Shown here piece after piece: positions 12,230 to 24,790 of a stretch of 64,000 bases of DNA. The first letter of the stretch is position 1, and every line of letters starts with the position of its first letter. Both the position numbers and the translations under genes were made by a program. The notes under the pieces are model-generated. The model searched no databases and was not told the origin of the DNA. It saw only the letters and a list, made by a program, of their open reading frames with translations. This stretch comes from Lama guanicoe (lineage: Eukaryota): assembly GCA_013239625.1 (NCBI GenBank), contig MU054220.1, forward strand, positions 2,913,374 through 2,977,373, read 5' to 3'.

Positions 12230-13870
12230 GGGCTGGAGGGACTGACTCTGGATTCCAGTCTTTTTCCACTACCTCTGATAACTATTTTCTCTTTCTCAAC
12301 TCCTAACACCCTCTTTCTCTTCACGATGACTATTTCACACACTTCACACCCTCTTCAGACCTCTATTCCACACTCCCCACCACCTTCAGCAGATGACCTT
12401 CCTTCCTATGATAAGGAAATGGGAGCCATTAGGTAGGAAACACCTCAACTTTTAGCCATGAAATCTACAAACCTTCCTGCCTTCACACATACCTGGCTCC
12501 TCCTGTGACCCCACCCAAGGCCAAGCTCCACCCCAGGTCTGGAGCCCGCCCACCCCTCTTCCTTCTCTTATACATTCCATCTCTCCCTCTCTTCGGCATC
12601 CACTCCAAGATCATTGGGAAAATGATCTTGCTTCTTTGCAAACAAAACAAAACAAAAATAAAGAGCTTCTTGTCACAGTGGACTTCTCCCCTTGGGTCCC
12701 CTTTCCTCCCTTCACAGCCAGCCTCCCTCCGTTTCCTCACACCCACCTTCACTCTCTAGCACCCGTCAGTCTAGCTTCAGCCTTCAGCACCCCCATCAGA
12801 CTCTCTGTGACGTCCATGCCACTGAATCCTACAGGCATTTTCTTTCCCTGTATTTTTGGACCTCCCAGCGGCATCTCACCCGGCTGACCTCCCACCCCCT
12901 CATCTCCATACCCACCATTCCGTTGGCCTCTGTACGCCACAAGCTCCCGGTTCCCTCTCACCTGGCTAGCTGCTCTCCATGTTTCACCAGCTCCACCGCC
13001 CCTTCCAACCCCTTAAGAGTTCGCCTCCCAGGGCTCTGTCCTAGGTCCTCTACTCAATCAACTGTGTTCCCTCCGGGAGCTCATCCAGTGCCATGGCTCC
13101 CATGACTATCTCTTTGCAGATGATCACGACGTCTGTAGCTCTAGCCTAGGCTGCTCACCTAGACTTCCAGATCACTCCATCCAACTTCTTGCCAGAGATC
13201 TCTACTGATTGCCTTTCAGGGACCTCAAGGGTAACAGGCTCTTGTCTTTAAACCACCCTTTTGTTGGCACTCTCTATCTCAGAAAATGCACTGTCATCTA
13301 CCTGGTTGCCCAAGCCAAAAGCCTGGCCATCATCTTTGACTCACTGCTCACCAGGTCTGGTCCATTCTACTGCCCAAGTATTTCTCCAATCTGTCCTTTT
13401 CTTATGGCACCAACTTGATTTAGGCTAAGACTGTGTCTACAACGGACAATTGTGACAGTCTCCCAACGACCTCTCTGCATCAATTCTCGGGCCCCTCCAA
13501 TCCATTCTCCACACTGAGAACAGAGTGATTCTTTAAAATCCTATCCCACATGTGCATTGGTGGTATAGTGGTGAGCACAGCTGCCTTCCTAAAATCCCTA
13601 TCCGAGGACAATACATGTACTGGGCTTCCTGATGTTCTTAGGACAGAGTCCCAAATCTTATACACAGCTTACAAGCTAACCCGACAGTCTGTGTGGGCCC
13701 ATCTTTCTAGCTTCTTCTCCTGCTATTTAGTGAAGTACCATGCTCACTAGCCTTTGCACATGAGCTCCCTTGGCCTGGAATGATGTCTTCCTTTCCACTC
13801 TCCCTTCCTTGGTTAATTTTGACTCTTCTTCAAGTCTCAACCTAAAGGCCACCTCCTTGGCAGGTGATCC
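12230..13870 (+). mobile_element. Degenerate L2 LINE in CRY2 intron 5 (host of the tRNA half)
   Basis: Pyrimidine-rich L2 motifs (CAGATGATCAC, GTTGCCCAAGCCAAAAGCCTGGCCATCATCTTTGACTC, GCCTGGAATG); boundaries approximate. Confidence 0.65.
13554..13589 (+). pseudogene. 5'-half tRNA-Gly(TCC) retropseudogene (tailless)
   Basis: GCATTGGTGGTATAGTGGTGAGCACAGCTGCCTTCC matches 34/36 nt of the recalled mammalian tRNA-Gly-TCC 5' half and ends at the anticodon; flanked by near-direct repeats TAAAATCC(C)TATCC. Confidence 0.85.
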
Positions 13871-16823
13871 CTCGGGTGTTGGGTTAAGTATTTCTAACAG
13901 ACATGAGGTATATCTGACTGCTCACATTCTTGCCCACCTCTCTGAAAATCTTTTTAAGTGAGGCACACGTACAGAAATCACACGGATGTGTGGCTTAATG
14001 AACTATTCTAACACAAACACCTGTGCAACCACTGCCAAAGTGCAAAAATCAGAACTTTGCCAGCCACCAAGAAGCCTATCTACGTGCTCCAACCAGTCAC
14101 AGTGCCCTGCCTGCCCCATAAATGACTGCTTGTCCAACTTTTATAATAATCACTTTCTGGCATTTAAAAATGTTTGTATTTTTCTGTTTTTGCAATGCAC
14201 ATCTGGAAGGGAGGGCTTTATCTCTTCAATTATCCTTTGCATTTTTAAGTGTTTTTTTCCTCATCCAAATTTATATTCCGAGGCTCCATAGTTTAGTCTT
14301 GGCCATTTAAAAGACTTTGACGTGTTATTTAAGTTTTTTTCACTCTACGCATTTCTTGCCGTCTCTCTCTCCTCCTTTTAGATTTTTCTGTGGAGGCACT
14401 CAGGCAGTTTGACATGTACTAATTCCCACTGCCTGGATTTTGCTGTGTACTTATGGTACAGTTCAACACTTCCCCCTGTCCGGTGTGTGGTCTACAAATT
14501 GGTGGCTGGTACCAAAGACTGTTCTCGACTCAGGTTTGATCTCTTTGGCAAGACTACAGGGGGAACATAGCATCTGACACTCTCCATGGTGTAAGCAGTC
14601 ACTAATGCATCACGTGGCATCACGGGGGGTTGCAAGATTCCATCATTCTTTTTTCCTTTAATAAATTTCATTTAATAACATGGACACTTTCTATTTTTAG
14701 AGAGATGCTTGCCCTCATCTACCATAGGGTAACCCAGTGGTAAAGATCATATTGTTTGCCTCCCCTTTTTGGTAATAGTGTCTAATTTTCTTGTGGTGAC
14801 CCAGCCCTTCCCTAATCTCAGTTTAAGTGGGCAAAGTGAAGCTAAGCCCACTGCTGACTCTGGGAGTAGGCTTACTCTCAGATGCAAGTCTGGCCAGAGA
14901 AAGCACCCCCTTCCCTGGCCATAGTGACTGAGTCAGGGACAGTCACATGACCCAAGCCAGACCAGTAAAAGCACTCCTCGGGACTTTTTCTGAAGCTTTT
15001 GGAACAGAGGCACACAACTTCTTCTGGTGGTACTAAGCGGATTGAAAATAAGCTGCTGGTGACCAGCTTTGCACTGCTCAAGGAAAGCCTGCCTGAGAAT
15101 GAAATAATACAGAGAAAGGCAGAGTTGAGACGGAGAATGTATTCCTGGTAGCATTATTTGGACATTTGGATCCAGCTGTGCTTGAAGGCTACATCTTGGA
15201 CTCTTGGTTATGTGAGTTAAATAACTCTCTTTTTCAAAAGCCAACTTGCAAACAAGAACTGATTAACATAATCTTCTTGCTCTTTCGCTCCCATAACCTC
15301 TGAACCATCCCTTTCCTAATCCTCAGCACACTGTGATTCCTTGCTTCAAGTCTGTCATCTCCTACAGATGTGTTTCTGGAGACAGACTTACGCCCGTCTT
15401 GTTGGGCAGGCTTTCTAGCAGCTAGACCATCCTGACATGAGTAGATGCTACTTCAGATTTGGAGAACTGAAGAAGTTAAAATAAACCTCCTGAAATCAGG
15501 CTAAACTCCTGTCCATCAGGCATCTTTTATTCTCCCAGATGTGCAGGATGCAGTATTCCCTCTGGCCACCGCTGAGTCTGAAGGGCCCTGATACAAGGCC
15601 CCTTGACGAAGAGGCCCTCCAGGGGTATGCGGAAAAGGAGTCCCTGAAGCAGTGATCTAAGGGGCATTCCTCTATAAAAGGCTTTTAAGGAGATGATAAT
15701 GCCCAGGCCACAGGTTAGCTCTTTACTTTTAAGTCTCATTCTATCCCTGCCATCCCATTTGTCATCTCCACCCTTCTGCCCTCTTGGCCCAGCCTTTGTC
15801 TCCAAACTGACCACAAGAATCTCTAAAGCTGATGTGGACAGAGACAGCTGGTTCCCCATAGCCCCTGGACACTAGCTCTTTTCAGTCACTGGGGCTTGCT
15901 TTTGGCCCTGTCTGATGGTAACACCCAGATGGAGACATGAAGGTTGCTGGGCCTCGGGGAGGCTGGGCCCATGGCGTGCCTTCCCTGCTGGGAAGCATTC
16001 TTTCCACATAGGCCTGTCTCAGCCTCCTTGTTCCACTGTTATCACTTGGCTGTTGGGCCAAATGCCCAGCCATCCGAGCAGGAAGAGAACAAGCTGTTCT
16101 ATAAACCAGCTGCAGGGGGCAAGAAATGGGAGCTGACTGTTCTCAGTTGTGAGAACCTTCTCTGCTGTTCTAGTCCCAGGGTGGTGGGGGCACGTGCATT
16201 GTTGAGGAGTGTCTCTGGGGCCTTAGCCTCTCTCCTTCCCCTTGCCAATTCCCACTTCACTGGGAGGTGGGCCGTTCGTTCTCTGTGCCAAGCAAATGGA
16301 AATCAATGCCTTGGAGGAGAACCAGCAAAAGGTCGGGGGACACATGAACACAAAACAATTAATCTTATGGGCTTTACTGACCAGATACCCCATCTGTAAA
16401 GAGAATCTGCGCACAGATGAAAGGAAAGCAATCTAGCGTTAAGTTTTTAGAATCACACAGAACAAGATCTCACTCTACTACTTAGTAACTATGTGGCCTC
16501 AGACAAGTTACTTAACCTAAGCCGTAATTTCCTAATCTGTCAAATGGAGAGCTTAATACCTATCTTGTAGAGCTGCTGGAAAGATGAAAGGAAGTAATGC
16601 AAGCAGGTGCTTAACCCAAAGATGCTCAGCCCAGTGACCAGCACCTGGTGAGCACTCACCGAACAGCAGCTGCTATTATTGTAGTTGCTGTTGCCATACA
16701 GAAGACACTTCATTTTTCAACAGTTTGAGCTAAGAGGCCCTGAGGGGCATGAACCTGACCCCATCTCCCCGGCTGCATGGGTGTCAGCACCCAAACTTCT
16801 GTGTCTCAGAAACAGGGCCATAC

Positions 16824-16912
16824 CTTCCGTTCCAGGTGCTTATCCAGGCGGGCCAGAGCTTCCGTCTCTCCTCCCTGCCAAACAGCTGGGCCAAGTCCTT
16901 CAGTGGGGAACC
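16824..16912 (-). CDS. CRY2: CRY2 coding exon 5 (89 nt)
   Basis: tgtag|GG...CGGAAG|gtatgg; [29 protein letters not shown]. Confidence 0.97.
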
Positions 16913-17623
16913 CTACATGAAGAGCAGCAGGTCAGAGGACCGAAGGTCAGGCCAATCCAGTGACGGCTGAGTAAGTCCACACACGCTGGTCTGCTCTTTG
17001 AGCTTTGTGGGAACTGAACGCAGTGTTCTTGGTGCTACTGGTGCTGAGGTAATCGTTAATGTTTCTGCGTTTTCTAAGTCACCCTTCCACTGTGACCTTT
17101 TCTCTTCTTATCCTTGCCTCCCCCATCCCAGCCACACATCATTCCGGGCAGGTGAGAATAATCCTGGACTGCTCACCCTTTCAGGTTAGCTGGCAACAGC
17201 TGTGGTTTTTCAGGTGAGAAAGGCTAACCTTGTTCAGATAAAAAAAATGGGTTGAAGAAGAAGGAAAGGGAAGTAACAAGCAACGCTAGTTACGCTGGTA
17301 CTGAGAAACCCACTGATGCCAGCACCAGACTGTGCCGACATCATCTGAGAGGGAACGGTACAAAAATAGGGGCATAAAACAGAAACAGAAGACTGTATAA
17401 ATGTGAACAGAAAAAAGATCAGAAGAACATACTCCAGCATTAATAGTTGTTATCTCTGGGTGGTGAGTAATAGTGATTGTTTTATCCATTTTCATTTCTC
17501 TGTATTTTCTAAAGTGTCTATAATAACATACATTACTTTGACCAAAAAAAGAAAAAAACCCAGTAAGTTATTTTACAAAAAAGGAGGTGCTGGCATGAGC
17601 AGCTCAGGGCAGGAAGTACGCAC

Positions 17624-17808
17624 CCAGCTCCTCCAGGGAGGGCACGCCAAAGGTTTCATCATGATTCTCCTGGATCTCGGCCCTGCAGCTCTCCATCTGC
17701 TGGCTGGTCACGGAGCCCACGGGCTTCTTGGGCAGCTCCATGCGGCTGATGATGGCCTGAAAGCGCTTGTAGGTAAGGGGCGGCTTCTGCCCATTCAGCT
17801 CAATGATC
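17624..17808 (-). CDS. CRY2: CRY2 coding exon 4 (185 nt)
   Basis: cccag|GATC...CTGG|gtgcgt; IIELNGQKPPLTYKRFQAIISRMELPKKPVGSVTSQQMESCRAEIQENHDETFGVPSLEEL. Confidence 0.97.
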
Positions 17809-19425
17809 CTGGGAATCCCAAAGCACACCTAATGTTACTCACAAGGTCCTTCATTTCAGGTCCCTGTCTGCCCAGAAAATAGCCCAGACTTTGAAGCCTT
17901 GGAGGGTGGCTTTCCTCTTCTGTTCATGGGTCCCACCCCTGAGCGGAAAGGACTGGGCAAGGGAGGCTACATCTTCATTTTACCACGAGGGAAGATGAAG
18001 CCCAGATGGCTGGAGCAGGTGCCTTCGGTAATGGAGCAAGTCAGGGCCAAAGCTGGGCCTCAATTCCAGTTCCCTGGTGCCTATGTGGAGCTGCCTAAAA
18101 CAGCACCTGGCCACCTCTCTAATCACAGAGAAGTCCCCACTGGCCTTCCTGAAACTTGGCCTGTCTGTCCAAGCCACAGGAATCCCCATGGATCTTCCTC
18201 TACCCCAGCACAAGCCTTGAGGAAGTTCTTTGATAAGAGCTGCAAACATGTTCCTTGGTTGGAGCAGCACTCCCTTTTTGGGCCCTACTTACCAGAACAG
18301 AGAGGTGGAGAAAAGCCTCTCTTCCCTAAAACAGAGGCTAGGGCTGGGATTAATAGCAACAACTGAACTTAAAGGGGTTTTTACAGTTTACAAAGTATTT
18401 TTTCATGAGCAAGGGAAAACACAGCTGCCTTCAGGTAAGAAGAAAAGATACAGGAGAGTGAAGAGAATTGAGGTTGTTTATATAAGAATGAATTGGGATC
18501 GGCTGAAGCCAGACTCCCAGGGCTCTTGTTGGCCAAGAAACAGCTTATGCAAGACTGGGCTTGCTGGCTTGCCTGGCAAGCTCATTCCTTAGTTTCTCTC
18601 TCCTCCCCTCCGTTTGGGAGATACAAGGTTGGCTGCTGCCCCTATAGTACCTCCCCCTCCTCCAGCACGTGGCAGGAGGAGGAGCTCCACACCCAGCAGC
18701 TCCTGAGAGCCCAGCTCACGTGCAGAGCTGTGTGACCTGGCCTCCTGGCAGCCACCACTGGGTCAGGGGAAGGGGGGCCGGTGGCTGCTGGCTGAGGGCT
18801 TGGCAGCAGCAGCAGCAGCACCAGGCGGCTGACAGCTCGGGAAGGGAAGGGGAGGAGAGGGTTTCCTTCCAGCCTCTCTGAAAAGCACAGGGGCACTTCC
18901 TGGAGGGGAGGAGGCTACTCTGTAGTTAGCAGCTCTCTGCAGGGATCTCTGGAGCCTCCTGAGCAACATCTAAATGCATGGCCTGGAAACCTAGATAGCC
19001 GGGGGAGACCAGGGAAAGCATTTCAGGAACAGAAACTGGGCCTATGAGAACAGAGATCTTTTGGGAGGGGCAACAGACAGGGTCTACTGAGGTCCGAGGG
19101 CAGTTTCTGAGCAGCAGGATGGAAATGGGAGTATGTGGAGTGGACAGGCCTGGAGCATATTAGAAGCAGATCTATGAAGACCCTGAGTGGTGATCCTCAC
19201 TGCTTCCGTCCCTTGGGCCTAATAAGCCTCTTTGCACCCAAATCAGGTAAGCTCTCTGACCTGTTCTACAGGCCCCAACTCTACAGTCTCCTCCAGCTTC
19301 TAGAAAATGCCATACCTCATGTGTCAGGGGGCCCTATTGCTGACCCTCCCTGAGTTCCACTCAGCAGGGGCCCAAATCACCAACTCCCACAATTGGCAAC
19401 CTGACCCCTGGGACCCATCTCTCAC

Positions 19426-19568
19426 CTGTCCAGGTCATAGAGAGTATGAGAGTTCTCGGTCACCACCTCCACACCAGCCTCCTTGGCCATCTTCATGATG
19501 GCTGCGTCCCGTTCTTTCCCAAAGGGTTCAGAGTCATATTCAAAGGTCAAGCGGGTCACCCCCCATTC
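19426..19568 (-). CDS. CRY2: CRY2 coding exon 3 (143 nt)
   Basis: cacag|GAATGG...GACAG|gtgag; [47 protein letters not shown]. Confidence 0.97.
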
Positions 19569-21965
19569 CTGTGGGGGGAGAAATTATTAGGCTCAACACT
19601 GTTTGGGAAGGAGGAAGAAACTGGGCACTCAGCTCCTTCCTGGGTGGGAACACAGCAAGTCTGCAGACCTGTCAGAATGGGCTGCAGAACAAACCAGAGA
19701 CAGTGATTTGAACTGGAAAGCCAACAATCTGAGGTCCACAAGGTTTGAGGAGGGCAGGCCTCTGGGGTGAGGCCAACAGCCTGCAACACTGGAGCCTGAG
19801 GCTCATGGTCTCTGTAGAATCCAGACAGAGAGGGGCAGCTCTGTGTACCTGCTGTGTCCTTGAGGTAGGAAAATGCAGCAGGAGGCTATAAATACAGTGC
19901 TCCCAGGGGAGCCCACAGTCCCTGAAAGAGGCACTGAGTCACTGGTGGAGACAGCAGGGGACAAGATCATCGCCTCCCGCCTGCTCGGCAAATCTTTCCC
20001 AGAGCTCTTCAGGCCCTGCAAACTTATGGCCTAGTTTTCTTGGCAGACTTGAGCTATGTGAAGTGTCCTAATAGTTTCCACAGCAACAATCCTGAGGCCA
20101 ACAGGCTCCAGCTCTCAGAGAGTCGGGGAAGGAGGAGCAGCCCTTAGCCCAGAGGTCAGAGAAATCAGACCACAGGAGCCACATGTTTAAAAGGAAGGGA
20201 ATTCTTTTCCAAATCTTTAGTCATTTCTGGTAGAAATTTCTAAATTTCCTGGCAAGGCTCTGAGAAAGCTGGTCCAATGAAAGATTGTAGATATAACCAA
20301 CAGAAAGCCTGAGAACATGCAACTAGCAAAAAGGAAACCACATTCCAACCAAAGTCTTTGGTCACGTTCCTCTAAAACTCTTAACCCCCTGGGGCTAATG
20401 TCCTGGGCATGCACAGGCCAGTCTGGTCCTGTGACCCAGCCTTGCTGTTGGGTGTGGGTCCTGAGAGCAGGGCTGGGTATCCCTCGTCCAAGAATAACAG
20501 CATTAAACATTTACTGAGCTTACTATGAGCCAAGCACCATGCTTAGAGATTCATATAGATTACACTGTTAAATACTTGTAATTCTGTGAATAATAAAAAT
20601 GTTATTATTAGTTGCAACCTTCTCCAAGAAGCCTTCCTTGACCTCGTTCAATATGATTCTCCAACACCTTGCCCGTTTTCCATCACAACATTTATCACAT
20701 GGCAATAAAGTTGCCCATTACTTGCCTGTTTCCTCTATTAGAGTGTGAACTCTCAGAGCAAAAACCATGCTGCTTCAGTCTTCATTACCCTAGGACCTCG
20801 TATGGGGCCTAGTACATAGTAGAAACTCAATAAATATGCAGTAAATGAATAAATGAATGAATGAATGATCTCTCTATATCTCTGGGGTATTACTGGGTTG
20901 GACTATGAGGTGCTGGGAGAGGGGGGACAATACAGAGGGAGGAAAGGCGAAAGCGTTTAACAGTATGTTGGTTGAGAACACAACTCTGGAGTCAGAGCCT
21001 AGACTCAAATCTTAGACCACCACTGCTCAGCTTCATGACCACGGACAAGCATTGCTTTCTCATCTGCAGAATACAGACAGCAGCACCTACCTGTTAGGGC
21101 TGCTGTGAGTATGAGAATTAATGTACGTAAAGCACTTATCTAGAACAGTGCTTGACTCACAGGCAGCCCTCAATGAGTGCTGGCTATTATCAACATTGTG
21201 TGGTTTGGGTGTGTGTATTTGCCTGTGGGGGGGATGGGGACGTGAAGTGAACGATGAAGAGTTTACTAAGCTACTTGCCTTGACATTAATCTTTCCCCCC
21301 AGGAAGAGTAGGGAAGGAAGCTGTAGGGTGGAGAGGGCATAAAACAATTGTGCTCTGCTGAGGATGAGGCGAGACTGTCCTATAGCCTCTCTCTGTGAGC
21401 ACTTCTGCTTCTGTCTGGGCCTTAAAAGATGTGCTTTGTAAAGGGGCTGGGGAAAGTGGGCTGGCTACCTGATACAGCACAGAGGCCTACGTGGTACCCA
21501 AATGAAGAGTTTATCAATCATTTACTCTGGAGGAAGCAGGGAAGTTCCCTCAGAGAGGCTGACTTTTTTTCCCAACAGGCAGAGCAAAGCAAGACAGGAA
21601 ACGCCCCTTGCTAAACCGGAAACCTCACCCTCAACTCCTGGCCTCCTAATAAATCTTGCCGGCGTGAGCCAAGAAAACATCCAAGGAAGCCAGTGGCATC
21701 TGGGGTGGAATAACTTGCCACATCCATGTCTGGACTAAGCTGGGAACTTTCCAACAAGAAAATTTCCTTGCTTTCACAGAATTTTTCCTTAACACAGTTT
21801 CCATTCTGTTGGCAGCTGACCGGCTACATTTGCTCCCAACTTCCCAAGCAGCAGTGGTCAGACTAGCCCCGACTATTCCCACTTCCTCAGTCAGAACACT
21901 GTCTCAGTCTGCGGGGAAACCCAAGGAGCAGACTCTCTGTCTTCTCTTTGACTCTGTACACTTAC

Positions 21966-22074
21966 CTTGAACAGCCTTGGGAACACATCAGCCGGCTGTC
22001 CCCGGACTACAAACAGGCGGGAGTTCAGTTTCCTTAAACTCGTGTCCAGATCTTCCAGAGACTGAAGCAGGAAC
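21966..22074 (-). CDS. CRY2: CRY2 coding exon 2 (109 nt)
   Basis: ctgcag|G...TTCAAG|gtaag; [36 protein letters not shown]; phase matches exon 1. Confidence 0.97.
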
Positions 22075-24539
22075 CTGCAGAACCCACACAGGCCTTGTTG
22101 GTGGTCAACATAACAGAGTCACTCTCTTTCCTAACAAAGCAGGGAGAAGCTGGTACGTTGTCTATGCCAGACAAGCAGCATCGTTCTACTGGGTTCTAGT
22201 CCAGGTGTGATATGGCAGGGGATGAGGGCTGCCTCCACTGAAATCCTGCCTTTGCCATTTACTAGCTGCATGACTTTAGGCAGTTACTTAACCTCTTTAG
22301 CTTTTTACCCCCCTAATTTGTGATATGAAGTTGATGTTAGTACCTACCCCATAGAATCGTTAAGAAAAGAAAGGCAAACAATGAAGAACATTTAGTACAG
22401 AGCCTGGCATATAGAAAACCTGGGATAAGTGTGAGCTGCTCCTACTCTTGTTGTTTCTCTGTGATCAGAAGTAAGTCATTTATTCCATCTCAGCCTCAGG
22501 CCCTGGGTATAAATATCCACCCATCACTAGGTGGCTGTGAGAGTCAAAAGGGAGAACAGATGGGAAAGCCATCTGAAAAACAAGTGCAATACTTGGTATG
22601 GAAGCCTGAGGTCCTATTAGAGGAACAGGACTGCAACAGCTGTGGAAAATCTCACCTACCCTGGTCCAACAGACTCCCTGTCTTTCCACACTCATGCTTC
22701 GGGCTACACGGACGTCTATTGCCACAGCCCCATAGCGTGGGCTTGGGCCCCAGTTCCCAGGGTTTTATTTGGCGGGTAGCTTATTCTCCAGAACTCCCCA
22801 GGGCTCTGGCCACCAGGTCCTCATCCCAAGAAGGAGAATGCCAACGAAGGTACTTCTCTGTAGGATATCCTCCCATGCTTTTGGGGGTAGGAGTTGAGAC
22901 AGGAGGGCTTCAGATACTCAAAAGACCTAGCCTGAGAGCTGGATCACCATGGGAAAGGGACAGGAAATTAACATTTCCTGAGAGCCCTCAGTGTTTTATT
23001 TATTTACTTTATAGGACCACAAAAATTTACCACCTGTTCAGTTAGGCATAATTACCTTTCTGAGAAATTCCATCAATACATTTTATGATATGTTTTATCT
23101 TTAAATCAAGTATAATTAACATTTTAAACAGATTAACTATTCATGTGGTTCAAAATTCAAGTTACAAAAGGGTACACAGTAAAAGGTCTCCTCCTCCTGC
23201 GTCCTCCAGGAATTTGATTCCCCTCCCCAGAGGCAACCAATGTTACCAATGTTATTATATACCTGTTATGCTTTTAAAGTGCATTCTCAGTTCTCTCAAC
23301 ACATTTTGAAGAGAAATAGTAGCTTCGTTTTATAATGAGGAAAATGAGACACAGAAAGGATAATTAATTTGCCTAAGATCATAGTTATTGGGTTACAAAG
23401 CTGGCAAAGGAACCTAGGTCGGTCAGGCTCTGAACCATGTTCTCTTCTCTGCGCTCCCTTTCTTCTGCCTTTTAGCGGAACATCAAACACTGCTTCAGGG
23501 GATGAGATGCATGCAGGACCTCACGTGTTTGGAATCCCTCTCCCTGACAAACATAAACCTGAGTCCAGGTAATCCACTGATACTCTGATCTTCTTCCTCA
23601 GGAACCAAGCCCTGACAGGTCAGCCTGGTTCACAGATACCTCCTGCTATCTACCCTGTGGCCTCCCACCCAGCCCCGTTAACAACAGGAATCACCAGGTT
23701 TTATTTTGAGTGCAATAAAACCTGGCAGCTCCTCTGCAGCACATCACGTTCCTGACTATGGGAAGCGTACAGAAGCAGCGACTGCTCCCAGGCTGCCAAC
23801 TAGAACCGGCCCCCGCTGCTGCCTCTGACGTCTATAGCATGACACTCCTAGGCAGCGAATGCCACAGACCCACATTCCAGCATGAGCTGAGTCCTGGGCT
23901 CAGCCTGGGGTGTCGTGCTAGCTAGCGAGCATGCAGAGACTCTCCAAGGGATTATGATGGGAGACTGACAGGCTGAATGCTGCTTTATGTAAACCCCAAG
24001 CTCCACCTCTGCGAATTTCTGTTTTTGAAACACTGACACCCTCAGAAGAGGAAAGCTGAGACAGAGTGACGTACTTGTGTTGGCCTCCTCCCAGGCCTCA
24101 CCCTCCTCTCTGGAGGAACATAAGAGAGACCCATGAAAACAGCCTCCATGGCACCTGAAACCTGAGTCCTGCCAGGTAGCTGGCCTAGAGACACCTGGGG
24201 ACTTAAATTCCACAACCCCAGGGCAGAGGGTCCTCCATCTGGGGCTCCCAGGAATGTCCCTGCCAAGCTCTCTAGGGGCCTCATCATCCATAGTCCACCA
24301 GGCTGCAGAGGACTTTGATTTGAAGTGACAAATGAGACTGGCATGCATGTGAAAGCTAGGTTCCAGCTGCCTCCTGCAGACTTTATTTTGAGATCTCATT
24401 TATTAAAAGGAGAGATTCCCTGCAGCATCTCTGAGGTACAGATAACTCCACGAGAGCCCTTTTCTTCCTTGACAAGAGATGTCAAGGCAGGGAGCAAAAG
24501 GCACAACTGTGAACTTAGCAACCAAGTGACAAAAATGAT

Positions 24540-24790
24540 AATAATAGTAACAACTCATGCCTAATGAGCATTTACAATGAACCAGGCACGGTTCTACTTA
24601 TTTTACATACATCACCTCATTTAATTCTCAAACAGTCCTATGAAGTAGATACTACCATTATTCCCATTTTACAGATGAGGAAACAGGCACAGAGAGATTA
24701 AGTTATTTGTCCAAAATCATACACCTAACAAGCGGCCAGAATTCAAACCAGGGCAGTGTGGTTTGGAATTTGCATTCTTAACCAGCAGGC
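24540..24790 (-). mobile_element. MIR SINE (representative; further MIRs near 20960, 22230, 32055, 41480, 41905, 48325, 60750)
   Basis: CCCATTTTACAGATGAGGAAACAGGCACAGAGAGATTAAG core on the plus strand. Confidence 0.8.

Noticed and set aside
22431..23045. 204-aa plus-strand ORF in CRY2 intron 1
   Set aside because: Starts at a GTG in a MIR remnant; no recognizable homology or coding-like composition.
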